Part shown: positions 29,741 to 40,078 of the stretch, one piece after another | Layout of the letters: each line of letters begins with the position of its first letter | How positions within the stretch are numbered: the stretch's first letter is position 1 | Origin: Vulcanimicrobiota bacterium | GTDB taxonomy: Bacteria > Vulcanimicrobiota > Vulcanimicrobiia > Vulcanimicrobiales > Vulcanimicrobiaceae | Length of the DNA stretch: 64,000 nucleotides | Assembly: GCA_963833095.1 (NCBI GenBank) | Contig: CAWHWQ010000005.1 | Span: forward strand, 32,001-96,000 | Direction: 5' to 3' | The notes under the pieces: model-generated | The model's input: only the letters and a program-made list of their open reading frames with translations | Databases searched by the model: none | What the model was told of the DNA's origin: nothing | Program-made: the position numbers and the translations under genes

Positions 29741-32700
29741 TAGCGGCGCCTTCCGAACAGTAGCGCGACCAGCGCTGCGGCGCCGGCGAGAGCCGCCAAC
29801 GCGAGGGTGCCGTGCACTGCGGCGCGCGCGGATTCCGCGCGGATCTGCGGCATAAAGCGAAGCTCGGGCAGACGGATCGTTGAGCTCCTTGTCCACGGTC
29901 GTCGAGCGCCATCTTCAACACCTGCGCGGGATGCATGCGCTTGCCGGCCCGTCGTCTGCGAAATCTGCTCGCGGCAACTGAATCCATCGGCCACGATGAT
30001 CGTGCGTGGATCGGCGGCGCGCACTTTCGGCAGCAGCGCCCGTTCGCCGATCGTCATCGACACGTCGTAATGCTCGGCATCGAATCCGAACGGCCCCGCC
30101 ATCCCGCAGCAGCCCGTGTCGGGCATTTCGTAGTCGAGTTCGAGCGCGTCGAACAGTTTGCTCTCGCCGGACGCGTCGAGGATCGATTTATGATGGCAAT
30201 GTTCTTGCACTAGCGCTTTGCGATGTAAGCGCGGCGGCGCGTACTCGGGCGCTTTCTTCGCGAGAAATTCGGTCAACAGAATAGGTCTGCTCTTTGAGCC
30301 GCTTCGCATCTTCGTCCGGCCCCAGCAGATTGGTCATTTCGTCGCGAAAGACCGAGACGCAACTGGGCTCGAGTCCGACCACGCAGATTCCGTCGCGAAT
30401 CTGCGGCCGAAGAGATTCCAAGATCTCTTGCAGCATGGTTTTGGCAAGATCGAGCATGCCGTAGTCGTATAGCGGTCGCCCGCAGCACAATTGCGCGGCC
30501 GGCACGATTACCTGGAAGCCGGCGTCTTCCAGAACCTCCACCGCGGCCTGGGCCGTCGTCGTGTGAAAGTGATTGTTCCAGGTGTCGGGCCATAAAATCA
30601 CCTGCGTGCTTGCCGACGTTGACGAAGCGGACGCTGCGCGAACCACGCGCGGAACGTCTGCGGCGCAAAGAGCGGAATCGAGCGCTCGGGCGCCATCGAT
30701 ACCAGCATCTTTGCGATATCGCGTAGTCCCGGGGTTTGCGTCAAGGCATTCACTACGCGAGGCGCAAGCGACGCGAGCCTCGCCCACCAATACATCAGGC
30801 CGAACGCGTATGCGGCGATCGGACGGCGTTTGTGTTCGTAGTAGTGCGAAAGAAACTCCGCCTTGTACGTCGCCATGTCGACGTTGACCGGGCATTCGCC
30901 CTTGCAGCCTTTGCACGATAGGCACAGGTCGAGCGCATCTTTCACGCCTTCATCTTGCCAGCCACGATCGATCGGATTGCCTTCGAGCATCTCGAAGAGC
31001 AAGCGCGCGCGCCCGCGCGTCGAGTAGGCTTCCTCTTTGGTGGCCATGTAGCTCGGGCACATCGTTCCGGCGTCGTGCTTGCGGCACTTTCCGGTTCCGA
31101 CGCATCGGTTTGCGGCAAACGCGAAGCTGCCGTGATCGTCTTCAAACTTGAAATGGGTTTTGGGTTCCCATGGCTCGATACTCGGTTCCCCAGCGCAAGT
31201 TTTGATCGAGCTTGTACGGATGCACGACCTTGCCGGGATTCATCTTGTGCTGCGGGTCCCAGATCGACTTGAACTCCCAGAATGCTTGCACCAGCTCGTC
31301 GCCATACATGATCGGCAACAACTCTCCACGAGCTTGACCGTCTCCGTGCTCACCGGAGAGCGAGCCGCCGTGCTCGACGCAGATGTGCGCCATCTTCGTG
31401 ACGAACTCGCGGTATTTCGCGATCCCGGCTGCCGTGAAAAGATCGAAATTGATGCTCACGTGAACGCAGGCTTGCCCGAAGTGTCCGTAGATCGAACCTT
31501 TGTAGCCGTACTCGTCGAGCATCGCCTGAAACTTGCGAATATAGTCGCCGAGACGCTTGGGATCGACGGCGGAGTCTTCCCAACCCGGATAGTAATCGGC
31601 TTGGTTCGGAATCTTCGAGGTCGCGCCCAACGCGTTATCGCGAAACCGCCAAAACCGCTCCTGCTGTTCGTGATCGTCGAAGAAGTTCACCGAAGGCGGA
31701 TCGGGTTGGCGTTTTGAACGCTTCGATCAGCCCGCGCGCACGATCGGCCGCCTCCTCCTTCGTGTCGCCGCCGAACTCGCAGATGAGCCAGCCCTCGCCC
31801 GGCGGAAACATCGCGCGGCCGCTTTCCGATTCGCCTTTGAGCTCTCATGTAACGGAACATCGAGGCCGCCATGCCTTCGAGCGCGATCGGTCCATGCACG
31901 TCGCAGAACGGCACGTGATCGGCCGCCGTGGCCAGATCGGGAAAGCCGAGGATCACGATAGCGCGGTGCGGCGGACTGTGGACCAATCGAACGGTCGCCT
32001 CGACGACCGTGACGCACGTGCTCTCGGTGCCGACCAACGCGCGGGCGACGTTGAAGCCGTTCTCGGGCAGTAACTCGTTGAGCGGAAAGCCCGAGACGCG
32101 CCGCGGAATGTCTGGGAACCTCTCGCGAATCTTGTCGGCGTATTTATCCCGCAGATCCTTGAAGTTGCGCGTAAATCTCGCCCTTGCGGCCGCCGGCCGC
32201 GATGATGTGCTCGAGTTCTTCGTCCGACGTCCGGCCGACGCGCATGCGCAGGCCGTCGTAGGTGACGATATCGAGCTCCTCGACGTTCTCTTCGGTCTTT
32301 CCAGCCATCTGCGCGTGCATGCCGCACGAATTGTTGCCGATCATGCCGCCGAACGTATTGCGGTTGTGGGTTGCCGGATCGGGCCCGAAGGTGAGATGCC
32401 GTTCCTCGGCCTTGTTGCGCAGATCGTCGTTCACGCAGCCGGGTTGCACGCGCGCGGTCTTCGCTTCCCAATCGATCTCGACGATTCGGTTCATGTATTT
32501 GCTGAAGTCCATGACGACCGCCGCGTTGCAGCTTTCGCCCGCCAGGCTCGTGCCGCCGCCGCGCGAAAACACCGGCGCTCCGAATTTGCGGCACGCCGCG
32601 AGCGCGCGCTCGACGTCCTCGGCGTCTTTGGGAACAACGAGCCCGATCGGGACCTGCCGGTAGTTCGACGCATCGGTTGCGTACATCGCGCGCGTGCTGG

Positions 32701-32865
32701 TATCGAACCGAACTTCGCCCCGCACGCTACCGCGTAGCTCGGCTTCCAAGCCCGGCCGCGTCGACGTCGGCGTGGTTGACCGAGCCCGGCCGCTCGGTAC
32801 GGTGGGGATGGGCGCCGTTGCGACCGGCGCTGCGTCGCCTCAACGGCTTCGAGAATGCGAATCAT
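29740..32865 (-). CDS. FAD-binding and Fe-S-binding 2-hydroxyacid dehydrogenase (YdiJ/GlcD-GlcF-like; frameshifted)
   Basis: YATDASNY, RGGGTSLAG, SLSGEHGDG, CLSCKGCKGECP, LCCGRPLY and GCCGMAG fragments. Confidence 0.82.
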
Positions 32866-32876
32866 GACGGTCTTCC

Positions 32877-34001
32877 TTAGAGAGCGTAGCGCTCGGCATC
32901 CGCGGCGGCGCAGCTCCAGGCCGATGCCGGGCCGATCCGGATCGGGGGAAAGTTCGACCGTTGACCGGCTCGACGGCGCCGTCGAAAAGCATCCGCTCGA
33001 TCCGATAGTGGTCGAAAAAATACTCGATATGGCGCAGTTGCTTGCAAGCCAGCGCGGCATGCAGATGCAGATGCGGCGCGCAATGGGTCGAGAGCGGGGT
33101 CATCGTGCTTTGGCAAGCCCGTCGACTGCGAGCAAGCCCGAGAATCCGCCGCAACGCGTTGCATCGGCCTGCAGCACGTCCAACATCTGCGCGTCGATCA
33201 TACGCGCGAACTCGTAGAGCCCGTAGCCATACTCGCCGTCGGAGATCTCCATTCCGGGCGGCGAGTGCTCGCGCACGTGACGCGTTCCGGCATAGTCTTC
33301 GCGAAAGACCGGCTCCTCGAACCACGTCACGCGTTGCTCGGCAAGATAGTGTGCCTGACGCGATCGCCTGCTGCAACGCCATATGCGCCGTTGGCATCGA
33401 CAAAAAGCTCGGCGTCGTCGCCGATGGCGCGGCGAGCCGCGGCGGCCACGCGCTCGATATCTGCTTTCGGATCGCGGCCGATCTTCATCTTCACGCGCGG
33501 AATCCCGGCTGCACACCAACCGGCAAGTTGCTCGCAAAGTTGCGTCCTGCGAATACGCAGTAAATCCGCCGCTCCCATAGACCGGCACGCTCTCGCGGAC
33601 CGCCCCCAAGCAGCGCGTAGGTCGGGACTCCAAGGATCTTGCCTTTGAGATCCCACAGCGCAACGTCGACCGCGGAGATCGCCATGGAGGTAATGCCGTC
33701 GCGCCCGAGATTGCGCGTAACTTTCCGTACATGTCGTTCCAACGCGCGCCAATCTGCATCGCGTCTTTGCCCACGACGTTTCACGCAGCAGCGTCTCGAT
33801 GAGCTTCGCGGTGGCGACGTCGGCGTAGGTGAAGCCGATGCCGGTCTGGCCGCCGGCTTGAACCTCGACGTAGACCAAGCGTGGTCGCGTCCCATTCCAG
33901 CGTGCCGTCGGACTCCGGCGTCTCCGTTGGAATTTTGTATGCCTGCACCTCGAGCGCATCGATCCGGGCATTGCGCCGCAGCGATTCCGCCGTCAGGCCA
34001 C
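32877..34001 (-). CDS. Mandelate racemase/muconate lactonizing (enolase superfamily) enzyme (frameshifted)
   Basis: [46 protein letters not shown] and [10 protein letters not shown] fragments. Confidence 0.8.
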
Positions 34002-34003
34002 GT

Positions 34004-35794
34004 TTACTTGCTCCGCGCGGTGCGGAAGGATGCCGGCGAGAACGCTCTTTGATCGATGCCTTGATCACGCCGCCTTCGTCGGGATCGCCCTTTGCGCATC
34101 GCCGAAAAGAGATTGTGCGCTTGTTCGAGGCTGATGTGCGGCGGCAGCTGCGCGATATTCGGATCGACGACTGCGTCGAAGACGACCGGACGGTCCGACG
34201 AAAGCGCGCGATCCCACGCGGGTCCGATATCTTCGGTGTGCTCGACGCGGATGCCGCGCAGGCCGAGCGAGTCCCCATACTGCGCGTAGTTGAACTTCGG
34301 CAGGTCTTGCGACGCTTCGTATTTCGGATTGCCGGACTCGATGCGCATCTCCCAGGTCACTTGGTTGAGATCCGAATTGTTGAGCACGAGGATGATCAAC
34401 CGCGGATCGGACCATGTTTTCCAATATTTTTTAACGGTCAGCAGCTCCGCGCTGCCGTTCATTTGCATCGCGCCGTCGCCGGCGCACGCGATGACGACTC
34501 GGTCGGGATAAGCGAACTTCGCGGCAATGGCATACGGAACCGCCGAGCCCATCGTCGCCAGGCTTCCTGAAAGCGAGGATTTCATGCCGCGCCGCATCTG
34601 AATGTTACGCGCAAACCAATTCGTCGGCGTGCCCGCGTCACCGGTAAGGATCGCGTTCTCGGGAAGCCGCTTGTTCAGTTCCCAAAAGACGAGTTGCGGG
34701 TTGATCAAATCGCCCTTGACGTGGCAGCGCGCATCTTCCTCGGCGCGCCAGCTCGTCTGACCCTTCTCGATTTTCTCGCGCCAAGCGTTGTCGGCTTTCG
34801 GCTTGAGCAGCGGTAAGAGCGCTGCAAGCGTCTCGCGGCTGTCGCCGATCAAATTGACTTCCGTGGGGAACCGTAAGCCGACATTGCGAGGATCGATGTC
34901 GATCTGGACGCCGCGAGCACGGCCCGGCTTTGGCAAGAACTCTGAATACGGATAGCACGTCCCAATCATCAACAGCGTGTCGCATTCGTTCATCATGTCG
35001 TAGCTCGGGCGCGTTCCGAGTAAACCCAGGGTACCGGTCACGTACGGGAGATCGTCCGGAACGACGTATTTGCCGAGCAGCGCTTTTGCGATGCCGGCCC
35101 CCAAACGATCGGCCACGGCGAGGACCTCGTCGGTCGCATTGGCGGCCCCTTGGCCAACCATCATCGCGACGCGCATGCCGGCATTGAGAATATCTGCCGC
35201 TCGCTGCAAATCTCGCTGCGTTGGGACGACGAGCGGCGCGCAGTATCCAACGCTACTGCTCATCATGTTGTGCGCGTGCAGCGGCTCGGGAACCGCCGCC
35301 ATTTCCTGCACGTCCTTCGGCACGATCACGCACGTAACCGCGCGCATACCTTTGGCTGTGCGCACGGCGCGATCGACGACGTGGCGCATCGCCGCCGGGT
35401 TCGAAACCGTGTAGACGTATTCCGTGACGTCTTGCAGCAGAACTTGCAAATCGACTTCTTGCTGGTACGACCCGCCCAACGCCGATGTCGCAGCCTGCCC
35501 GACGATAGCGACCACGGGAACGTGATCCATCTTCGCGTCGTAGAGGCCGTTGAGTAAATGAATCGCTCCCGGACCGGAAGTTGCCAAGCAGATGCCGGCT
35601 TCGCCCGTAAACTTCGCGTGCGCGCACGCCATAAACGCCGCCATCTCTTCGTGGCGAACCTGGATGAATTTGAGCTTGTCGCCGATCCGATCGAAGGCGC
35701 CCATGATTCCGTTGATTCCATCGCCCGGATAACCGTAAATGCGGTAGAAGCCCCAATCGACCAGCCGTTCGAGGAGAAAATCGCTTGTATTCAT
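34004..35794 (-). CDS. Thiamine pyrophosphate-requiring enzyme (pyruvate oxidase/PoxB-like)
   Basis: YGYPGDGING, QVRHEE, TSGPGAIHLLNGLYDAK and GDGAMQMNG...LNN motifs; extreme C-terminus probably frameshifted. Confidence 0.88.
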   Translation of the reverse strand: MNTSDFLLERLVDWGFYRIYGYPGDGINGIMGAFDRIGDKLKFIQVRHEEMAAFMACAHAKFTGEAGICLATSGPGAIHLLNGLYDAKMDHVPVVAIVGQAATSALGGSYQQEVDLQVLLQDVTEYVYTVSNPAAMRHVVDRAVRTAKGMRAVTCVIVPKDVQEMAAVPEPLHAHNMMSSSVGYCAPLVVPTQRDLQRAADILNAGMRVAMMVGQGAANATDEVLAVADRLGAGIAKALLGKYVVPDDLPYVTGTLGLLGTRPSYDMMNECDTLLMIGTCYPYSEFLPKPGRARGVQIDIDPRNVGLRFPTEVNLIGDSRETLAALLPLLKPKADNAWREKIEKGQTSWRAEEDARCHVKGDLINPQLVFWELNKRLPENAILTGDAGTPTNWFARNIQMRRGMKSSLSGSLATMGSAVPYAIAAKFAYPDRVVIACAGDGAMQMNGSAELLTVKKYWKTWSDPRLIILVLNNSDLNQVTWEMRIESGNPKYEASQDLPKFNYAQYGDSLGLRGIRVEHTEDIGPAWDRALSSDRPVVFDAVVDPNIAQLPPHISLEQAHNLFSAMRKGRSRRRRRDQGIDQRAFSPASFRTARSK

Positions 35795-35809
35795 AGTGGC
35801 CTAAACGTC

Positions 35810-35834
35810 TTACCCGTGCAGGGAGCGCGCAAAC
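35810..35834 (-). promoter_or_regulatory. SigB/SigF-type promoter of the nine-gene operon
   Basis: Minus strand GTTT-N15-GGGTAA, 15 nt upstream of the ATG. Confidence 0.62.
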
Positions 35835-35890
35835 AAAATGACCTGCGTCAAAGTCGTTCGCACCAGGCGCCCTCTTGACGAATAAACGTT

Positions 35891-36724
35891 TTAACTGAAA
35901 CGGGCCGCGATAATCGCGATGTCGTCTTGGGGTTTTCTTCCGCAAAACTCAAATGCGGCGTGAAGCAAGTCATCCGCATGCACTTGGGCAGCTCGCCCGC
36001 GATTCGCCTCGATTCTCGCCATGATGTCTTCTCGCGGAATAAAATCGCCGTCCGGCGATCGCGCCTCCGTGAGCCCATCCGTACCCAGGATAAGCGTTGC
36101 GGTACCGGGCTGCAGATAGACCGATCGCTGGTGAAAGATCTTTTGAGATTCCTCAAAGACGCCGATGATCGGAGCCGTTGGTTCCAGCGTTATCGGGGGC
36201 TTATCGCTACTCATGAAAATGGCCGGATCGTGCCCGGCGGATGCGTACGTCATGATTTTTCGCTCGGGATCGATGACTCCCAAGAAGACGCTCACGAACG
36301 AATCGCGATCCGCACTATCGAATGCCGCGGTCTCGAGATAGAGCACGTTGAGGCAGCGCAGCGCCTGCGAGGGCGTTAGCCCTGACGAGACGTATGCGCG
36401 AAGGCCATATTTCACAAGCGCTGCCTGGGCCGCTGCTTTCATCCCCTTGCCGGATATGTCGGCGATTGAAATTGCCGCGGAGCCGTTGTTGAACTGATAG
36501 ACGTCGATGAGATCGCCGCCGACCCGTGCCTTGTCATCGGCCAGCACGTAGGCCGTGCCTATATCGATGCCCGGAATGGCCAAAAAGTGTTGTTCGAAGA
36601 GGTGCTCTACGAGAATCCGGGCGGCCGAGTCCGAGGTCAATTCGAGTGAATTAACCTCTCCGGCTATGCTCGAATGCCGCCGATCAGCAAGGCGGCGGTC
36701 TGCGCCCGAAGCTCTACTTTCCAT
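35891..36724 (-). CDS. PP2C-family (SpoIIE/RsbU-type) protein phosphatase
   Basis: VGGDLID, IADISGKG, YASAGH, GTDGLTEA and QDDIAI motifs. Confidence 0.9.
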   Translation of the reverse strand: MESRASGADRRLADRRHSSIAGEVNSLELTSDSAARILVEHLFEQHFLAIPGIDIGTAYVLADDKARVGGDLIDVYQFNNGSAAISIADISGKGMKAAAQAALVKYGLRAYVSSGLTPSQALRCLNVLYLETAAFDSADRDSFVSVFLGVIDPERKIMTYASAGHDPAIFMSSDKPPITLEPTAPIIGVFEESQKIFHQRSVYLQPGTATLILGTDGLTEARSPDGDFIPREDIMARIEANRGRAAQVHADDLLHAAFEFCGRKPQDDIAIIAARFS

Positions 36725-36863
36725 TCCTGCGCCTATCGTCGCACGCGACCCTCGGCTTTTCTATAGTGAAATGCGGGGATCAACCGGGACAGCGCCTCCC
36801 TGCTGCGATATCCTGCATTCCACGATATCGCGCTTGGCCCGGAAGCTCTACGATTTCAAAGGT

Positions 36864-37727
36864 ATGGACGACACCAAGAAACCGACCCTCTCGAGATTTG
36901 ACTGGCGAGTCGGCGCGGCGCTGATCGCGCTTCACGTGGGGGCGCTGCTAGCGCTGCTTCCGATGTTCTTCGCACCGTCGGCGGTGATCGTCATGTTCGT
37001 CCTGATCTATGCGACGAGCGGCCTCGGCGTCTCGCTCGGGTTTCATCGGCTCCTGACCCATCGCAGTTTGCGCCTCGCGAAGCCCCTCGAATACGCCGTC
37101 GCTTTGCTCGGCACGCTGGCGTTGCAGGGCGGACCAATAAGTTGGGTCGGCACGCATCGAGTTCATCATGCGCACTCCGACCACGAAGGCGATCCGCATA
37201 ACGCGAACCTCGGCTTCTTCTGGTCCCATTTTGAATGGCTGCTGTATTCCAAAGCGCATTCTCGCGAGCACGGCGACGAATATCGCCGATCGGTCACCGA
37301 CTTAAGGGCAGATCCCTACTACGTTTTCCTCGAAAAAAACCAGTTGCAGTTGCAGGCAGTTCTGGCGGTACTTCTGTTCGCGCTCGGAGGATGGTCGTGG
37401 ATCATCTGGGGCATCTTCCTGCGATCCGTCGTCGTCTACCAGATTACGTGGTTGGTCAATAGTGCGAGTCATACGACCGGCTATCGCACCTATCGAACCA
37501 CCGATCGCTCGACCAACTGCTGGTGGCTTGCCATCGTAGGATGGGGTGAGGGATGGCACAACAACCATCACGCCTTCCCGTTCTCCGCGCGCCACGGGCT
37601 GCAATGGTACGAATTCGACCTCACCTGGATAACGATCAGACTTCTAGCGTTCGCGCGCCTCGCCAAGGATATCAAGTTGCCCACACCGGAGATGCGCCGC
37701 CGGCTCCGATTGACCGCGCCGTCTTAA
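36864..37727 (+). CDS. Fatty acid (delta-9-type) desaturase
   Basis: His boxes FHRLLTH, HRVHH and GWHNNHH. Confidence 0.92.
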   Translation: MDDTKKPTLSRFDWRVGAALIALHVGALLALLPMFFAPSAVIVMFVLIYATSGLGVSLGFHRLLTHRSLRLAKPLEYAVALLGTLALQGGPISWVGTHRVHHAHSDHEGDPHNANLGFFWSHFEWLLYSKAHSREHGDEYRRSVTDLRADPYYVFLEKNQLQLQAVLAVLLFALGGWSWIIWGIFLRSVVVYQITWLVNSASHTTGYRTYRTTDRSTNCWWLAIVGWGEGWHNNHHAFPFSARHGLQWYEFDLTWITIRLLAFARLAKDIKLPTPEMRRRLRLTAPS

Positions 37728-37750
37728 AGAACGCGCGCAGAAAGATTCCC

Positions 37751-38560
37751 ATGTCTTCGACTATAGTCTATCTTCCTATCGCCGTGCTTCTCTTTGCATT
37801 GCTCGCGTCCAGCGTCAAAATTCTCCGCGAGTACGAGCGCGCCGTCGTGTTCCGTCTGGGCCGTTTCGACGGCGTGCGGGGTCCGGGCCTCATTCTCATC
37901 GTGCCGTTCGTGCAGCAGGTCGTACGAGTAGATCTGCGCACGGTCGTCATGGAGGTGCCAAGCCAGGACGTGATCTCTCGCGACAACGTCTCCCTGAAGG
38001 TCGACGCCATTCTGTACTTCCGGGTGGTGGACGCAGAGAAAGCGATCATTCAGGTCGAGAACTTCTTTGGCGCAACCAATATGCTCGCGCAAACGACGCT
38101 GCGCTCCGTACTCGGAGAACATGAGCTCGATGAAATGCTGGCCAAGCGCGACGAGCTCAACGCCGACGTGCAGAGCACGCTAGACGTACAAACGGAATCC
38201 TGGGGCATCAAAGTCATCAGCGTCGAGATTCGTGAAGTCACGCTCACCGAGAATATGATCCGCTCGATCGCGAAGCAAGCCGAGGCCGAACGTGACCGGC
38301 GCGCAAAAATCATTCACGCCGATGCTGAGTTTCAGGCCGCGCAGACCCTCCTTAACGCCGCGAAGATTCTTTCAGAAGATCCGGCCGCTATGCAGCTGCG
38401 CTACTTGCAAACCCTCACCGAGGTTGGCGGCGAAAGCAATTCGACGATCATCTTCCCGATGCCGATCGATCTGATCAAGCCTTTTTACGACATCATGGAA
38501 AGCCACGCGACGAGCGATGGAGCGGTCAAGCCGAATGGGGCGCAAGTATCTCTAAAATAA
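37751..38560 (+). CDS. Slipin/stomatin (SPFH) family protein
   Basis: EYERAVVFRLGR, AQTTLRSVLG, AKQAEAERDRRAK and QLRYLQTL motifs. Confidence 0.92.
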   Translation: MSSTIVYLPIAVLLFALLASSVKILREYERAVVFRLGRFDGVRGPGLILIVPFVQQVVRVDLRTVVMEVPSQDVISRDNVSLKVDAILYFRVVDAEKAIIQVENFFGATNMLAQTTLRSVLGEHELDEMLAKRDELNADVQSTLDVQTESWGIKVISVEIREVTLTENMIRSIAKQAEAERDRRAKIIHADAEFQAAQTLLNAAKILSEDPAAMQLRYLQTLTEVGGESNSTIIFPMPIDLIKPFYDIMESHATSDGAVKPNGAQVSLK

Positions 38561-38776
38561 AGCTCTGGCATGGGATTGTCGCGGTCGTCGCGCTACTGGT
38601 GATCGTCGGCTTATTGCTGTTGGTCGTGAGTCCCCACGTGGCGAAAATTGCTCGTTGAACGCGCCGAAGCGAGGCGAAGGCCGCGCGGCACCAATAGCGG
38701 CTGCCTTTAGCAACCCTGCAACTCCCGCGCCGGCGGCGGAAGGACATCACCGGGCCCTCTCGTCTACCGATATCTA

Positions 38777-40078
38777 ATGAAGCGCCCTCTGGGCGCGGGA
38801 GGGCAAAAAATGCCGCTTTGGCTGATTCCGGTACCGTACTTTCTGTTCGGCATCATTGCCGGCGTGTTGTTTCCCCGGATCGAGCAGGCGTACTTCCCCT
38901 ACTTCGGCCACGTGGTGTCCATTGGATCGGCGCAAGCCTATCTCTCGGCCGTCGCCTCCGGGATGATCACGCTGACCTCTATCGTGTTTTCGGTCATGTT
39001 CGTGATGATGCAATTAATGTTCACGGCGTACTCAAAACGCCTCGTGATGATTTTCGCCGCACATCCAATCGGGTTGCACGTGCTGGGTGTGTTCAGCGCA
39101 ACGTTTCTATGCGCCCTTGGGGTGCTTCAATTCGTCGATCGAGATCACGGCGGCAATGTTCCGTGGCTGTCGATGGAAGTTGCAACCGCGCTCCTCGTCT
39201 TGAGCATGATTATGCTGGCGTTGCTCATTCAGCGCGTCGGAGTGCTACGAATCACGTACGTTCTGCAGTTCATCGGCAACAAGGGTCGTGCCGTCATCGT
39301 GCAGACCCTGCCTCGCCTGGAGGGTCATAACGCCGCCGGACTCGTGGCGCTGCGGCAAAAATCCGATGCACTCAGGGCGCAGAAACCAACGCAAACCCTT
39401 ACCTACGACGGCATCCCGCTAGCGATCGCAAACTTCCGCGTCGATGCGCTCGTGCGCCTCGGCCAACAAGCGGGCGGCACGATTGTGATGCGCTGCGCGG
39501 TAGGCGACACCGTCGCGCAGGGAACGCGGCTGCTCGAGGTTTACGGTGCTACCACGCAGATACCGGAACGGCTGCTCGCAAACGGCATCGTCTTATCCCC
39601 GGAGCGAACCTTTGAACAAGATCCCAAGTACCCGCTTCGGCTCCTGGTTGACACGGCCATCATGGCCCTTTCACCGGCTGTGAACGATCCGACCACCGCC
39701 GTTCAAGCGATCGACCAGATCGAAGACTTGCTGAATCGGCTCGGGCGCCGGGCGTTGGACGCCGGCTTCATCACGGACGCACAGGGCGAATTGCGACTCG
39801 TTTTTCCCATGCCGACGTGGGACGAGTATCTCGCTCTCGCATTCGACGAGATCCGCCTCTACGGCGCCGATACGATCCAGGTGTTCCGGCGCTTGCGGGC
39901 CGCACTAGCCGACCTCGCCGGCTCGCTCACCGAGCCCAGCCGAATCGAAACGGTGCGAAAATACGCCGATCATTTGAGCGCGATGGTCGCGCGATCAAAT
40001 TTAGACTCAGTGGACCGCGCATTCGCGATGGAGGCCGATCCCCAAGGCCTTGGGCACACCCGGCCGCAGAGCGTCTAA
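38777..40078 (+). CDS. DUF2254 family membrane protein
   Basis: Four N-terminal TM segments; ERTFEQDP and ALSPAVNDPTTAVQAIDQI motifs. Confidence 0.85.
   Translation: MKRPLGAGGQKMPLWLIPVPYFLFGIIAGVLFPRIEQAYFPYFGHVVSIGSAQAYLSAVASGMITLTSIVFSVMFVMMQLMFTAYSKRLVMIFAAHPIGLHVLGVFSATFLCALGVLQFVDRDHGGNVPWLSMEVATALLVLSMIMLALLIQRVGVLRITYVLQFIGNKGRAVIVQTLPRLEGHNAAGLVALRQKSDALRAQKPTQTLTYDGIPLAIANFRVDALVRLGQQAGGTIVMRCAVGDTVAQGTRLLEVYGATTQIPERLLANGIVLSPERTFEQDPKYPLRLLVDTAIMALSPAVNDPTTAVQAIDQIEDLLNRLGRRALDAGFITDAQGELRLVFPMPTWDEYLALAFDEIRLYGADTIQVFRRLRAALADLAGSLTEPSRIETVRKYADHLSAMVARSNLDSVDRAFAMEADPQGLGHTRPQSV

Noticed and set aside
17143..34100. Recoding or RNA editing as the cause of the many frameshifts
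   Set aside because: The indels are irregular, share no sequence context and cluster by position, as expected for consensus errors
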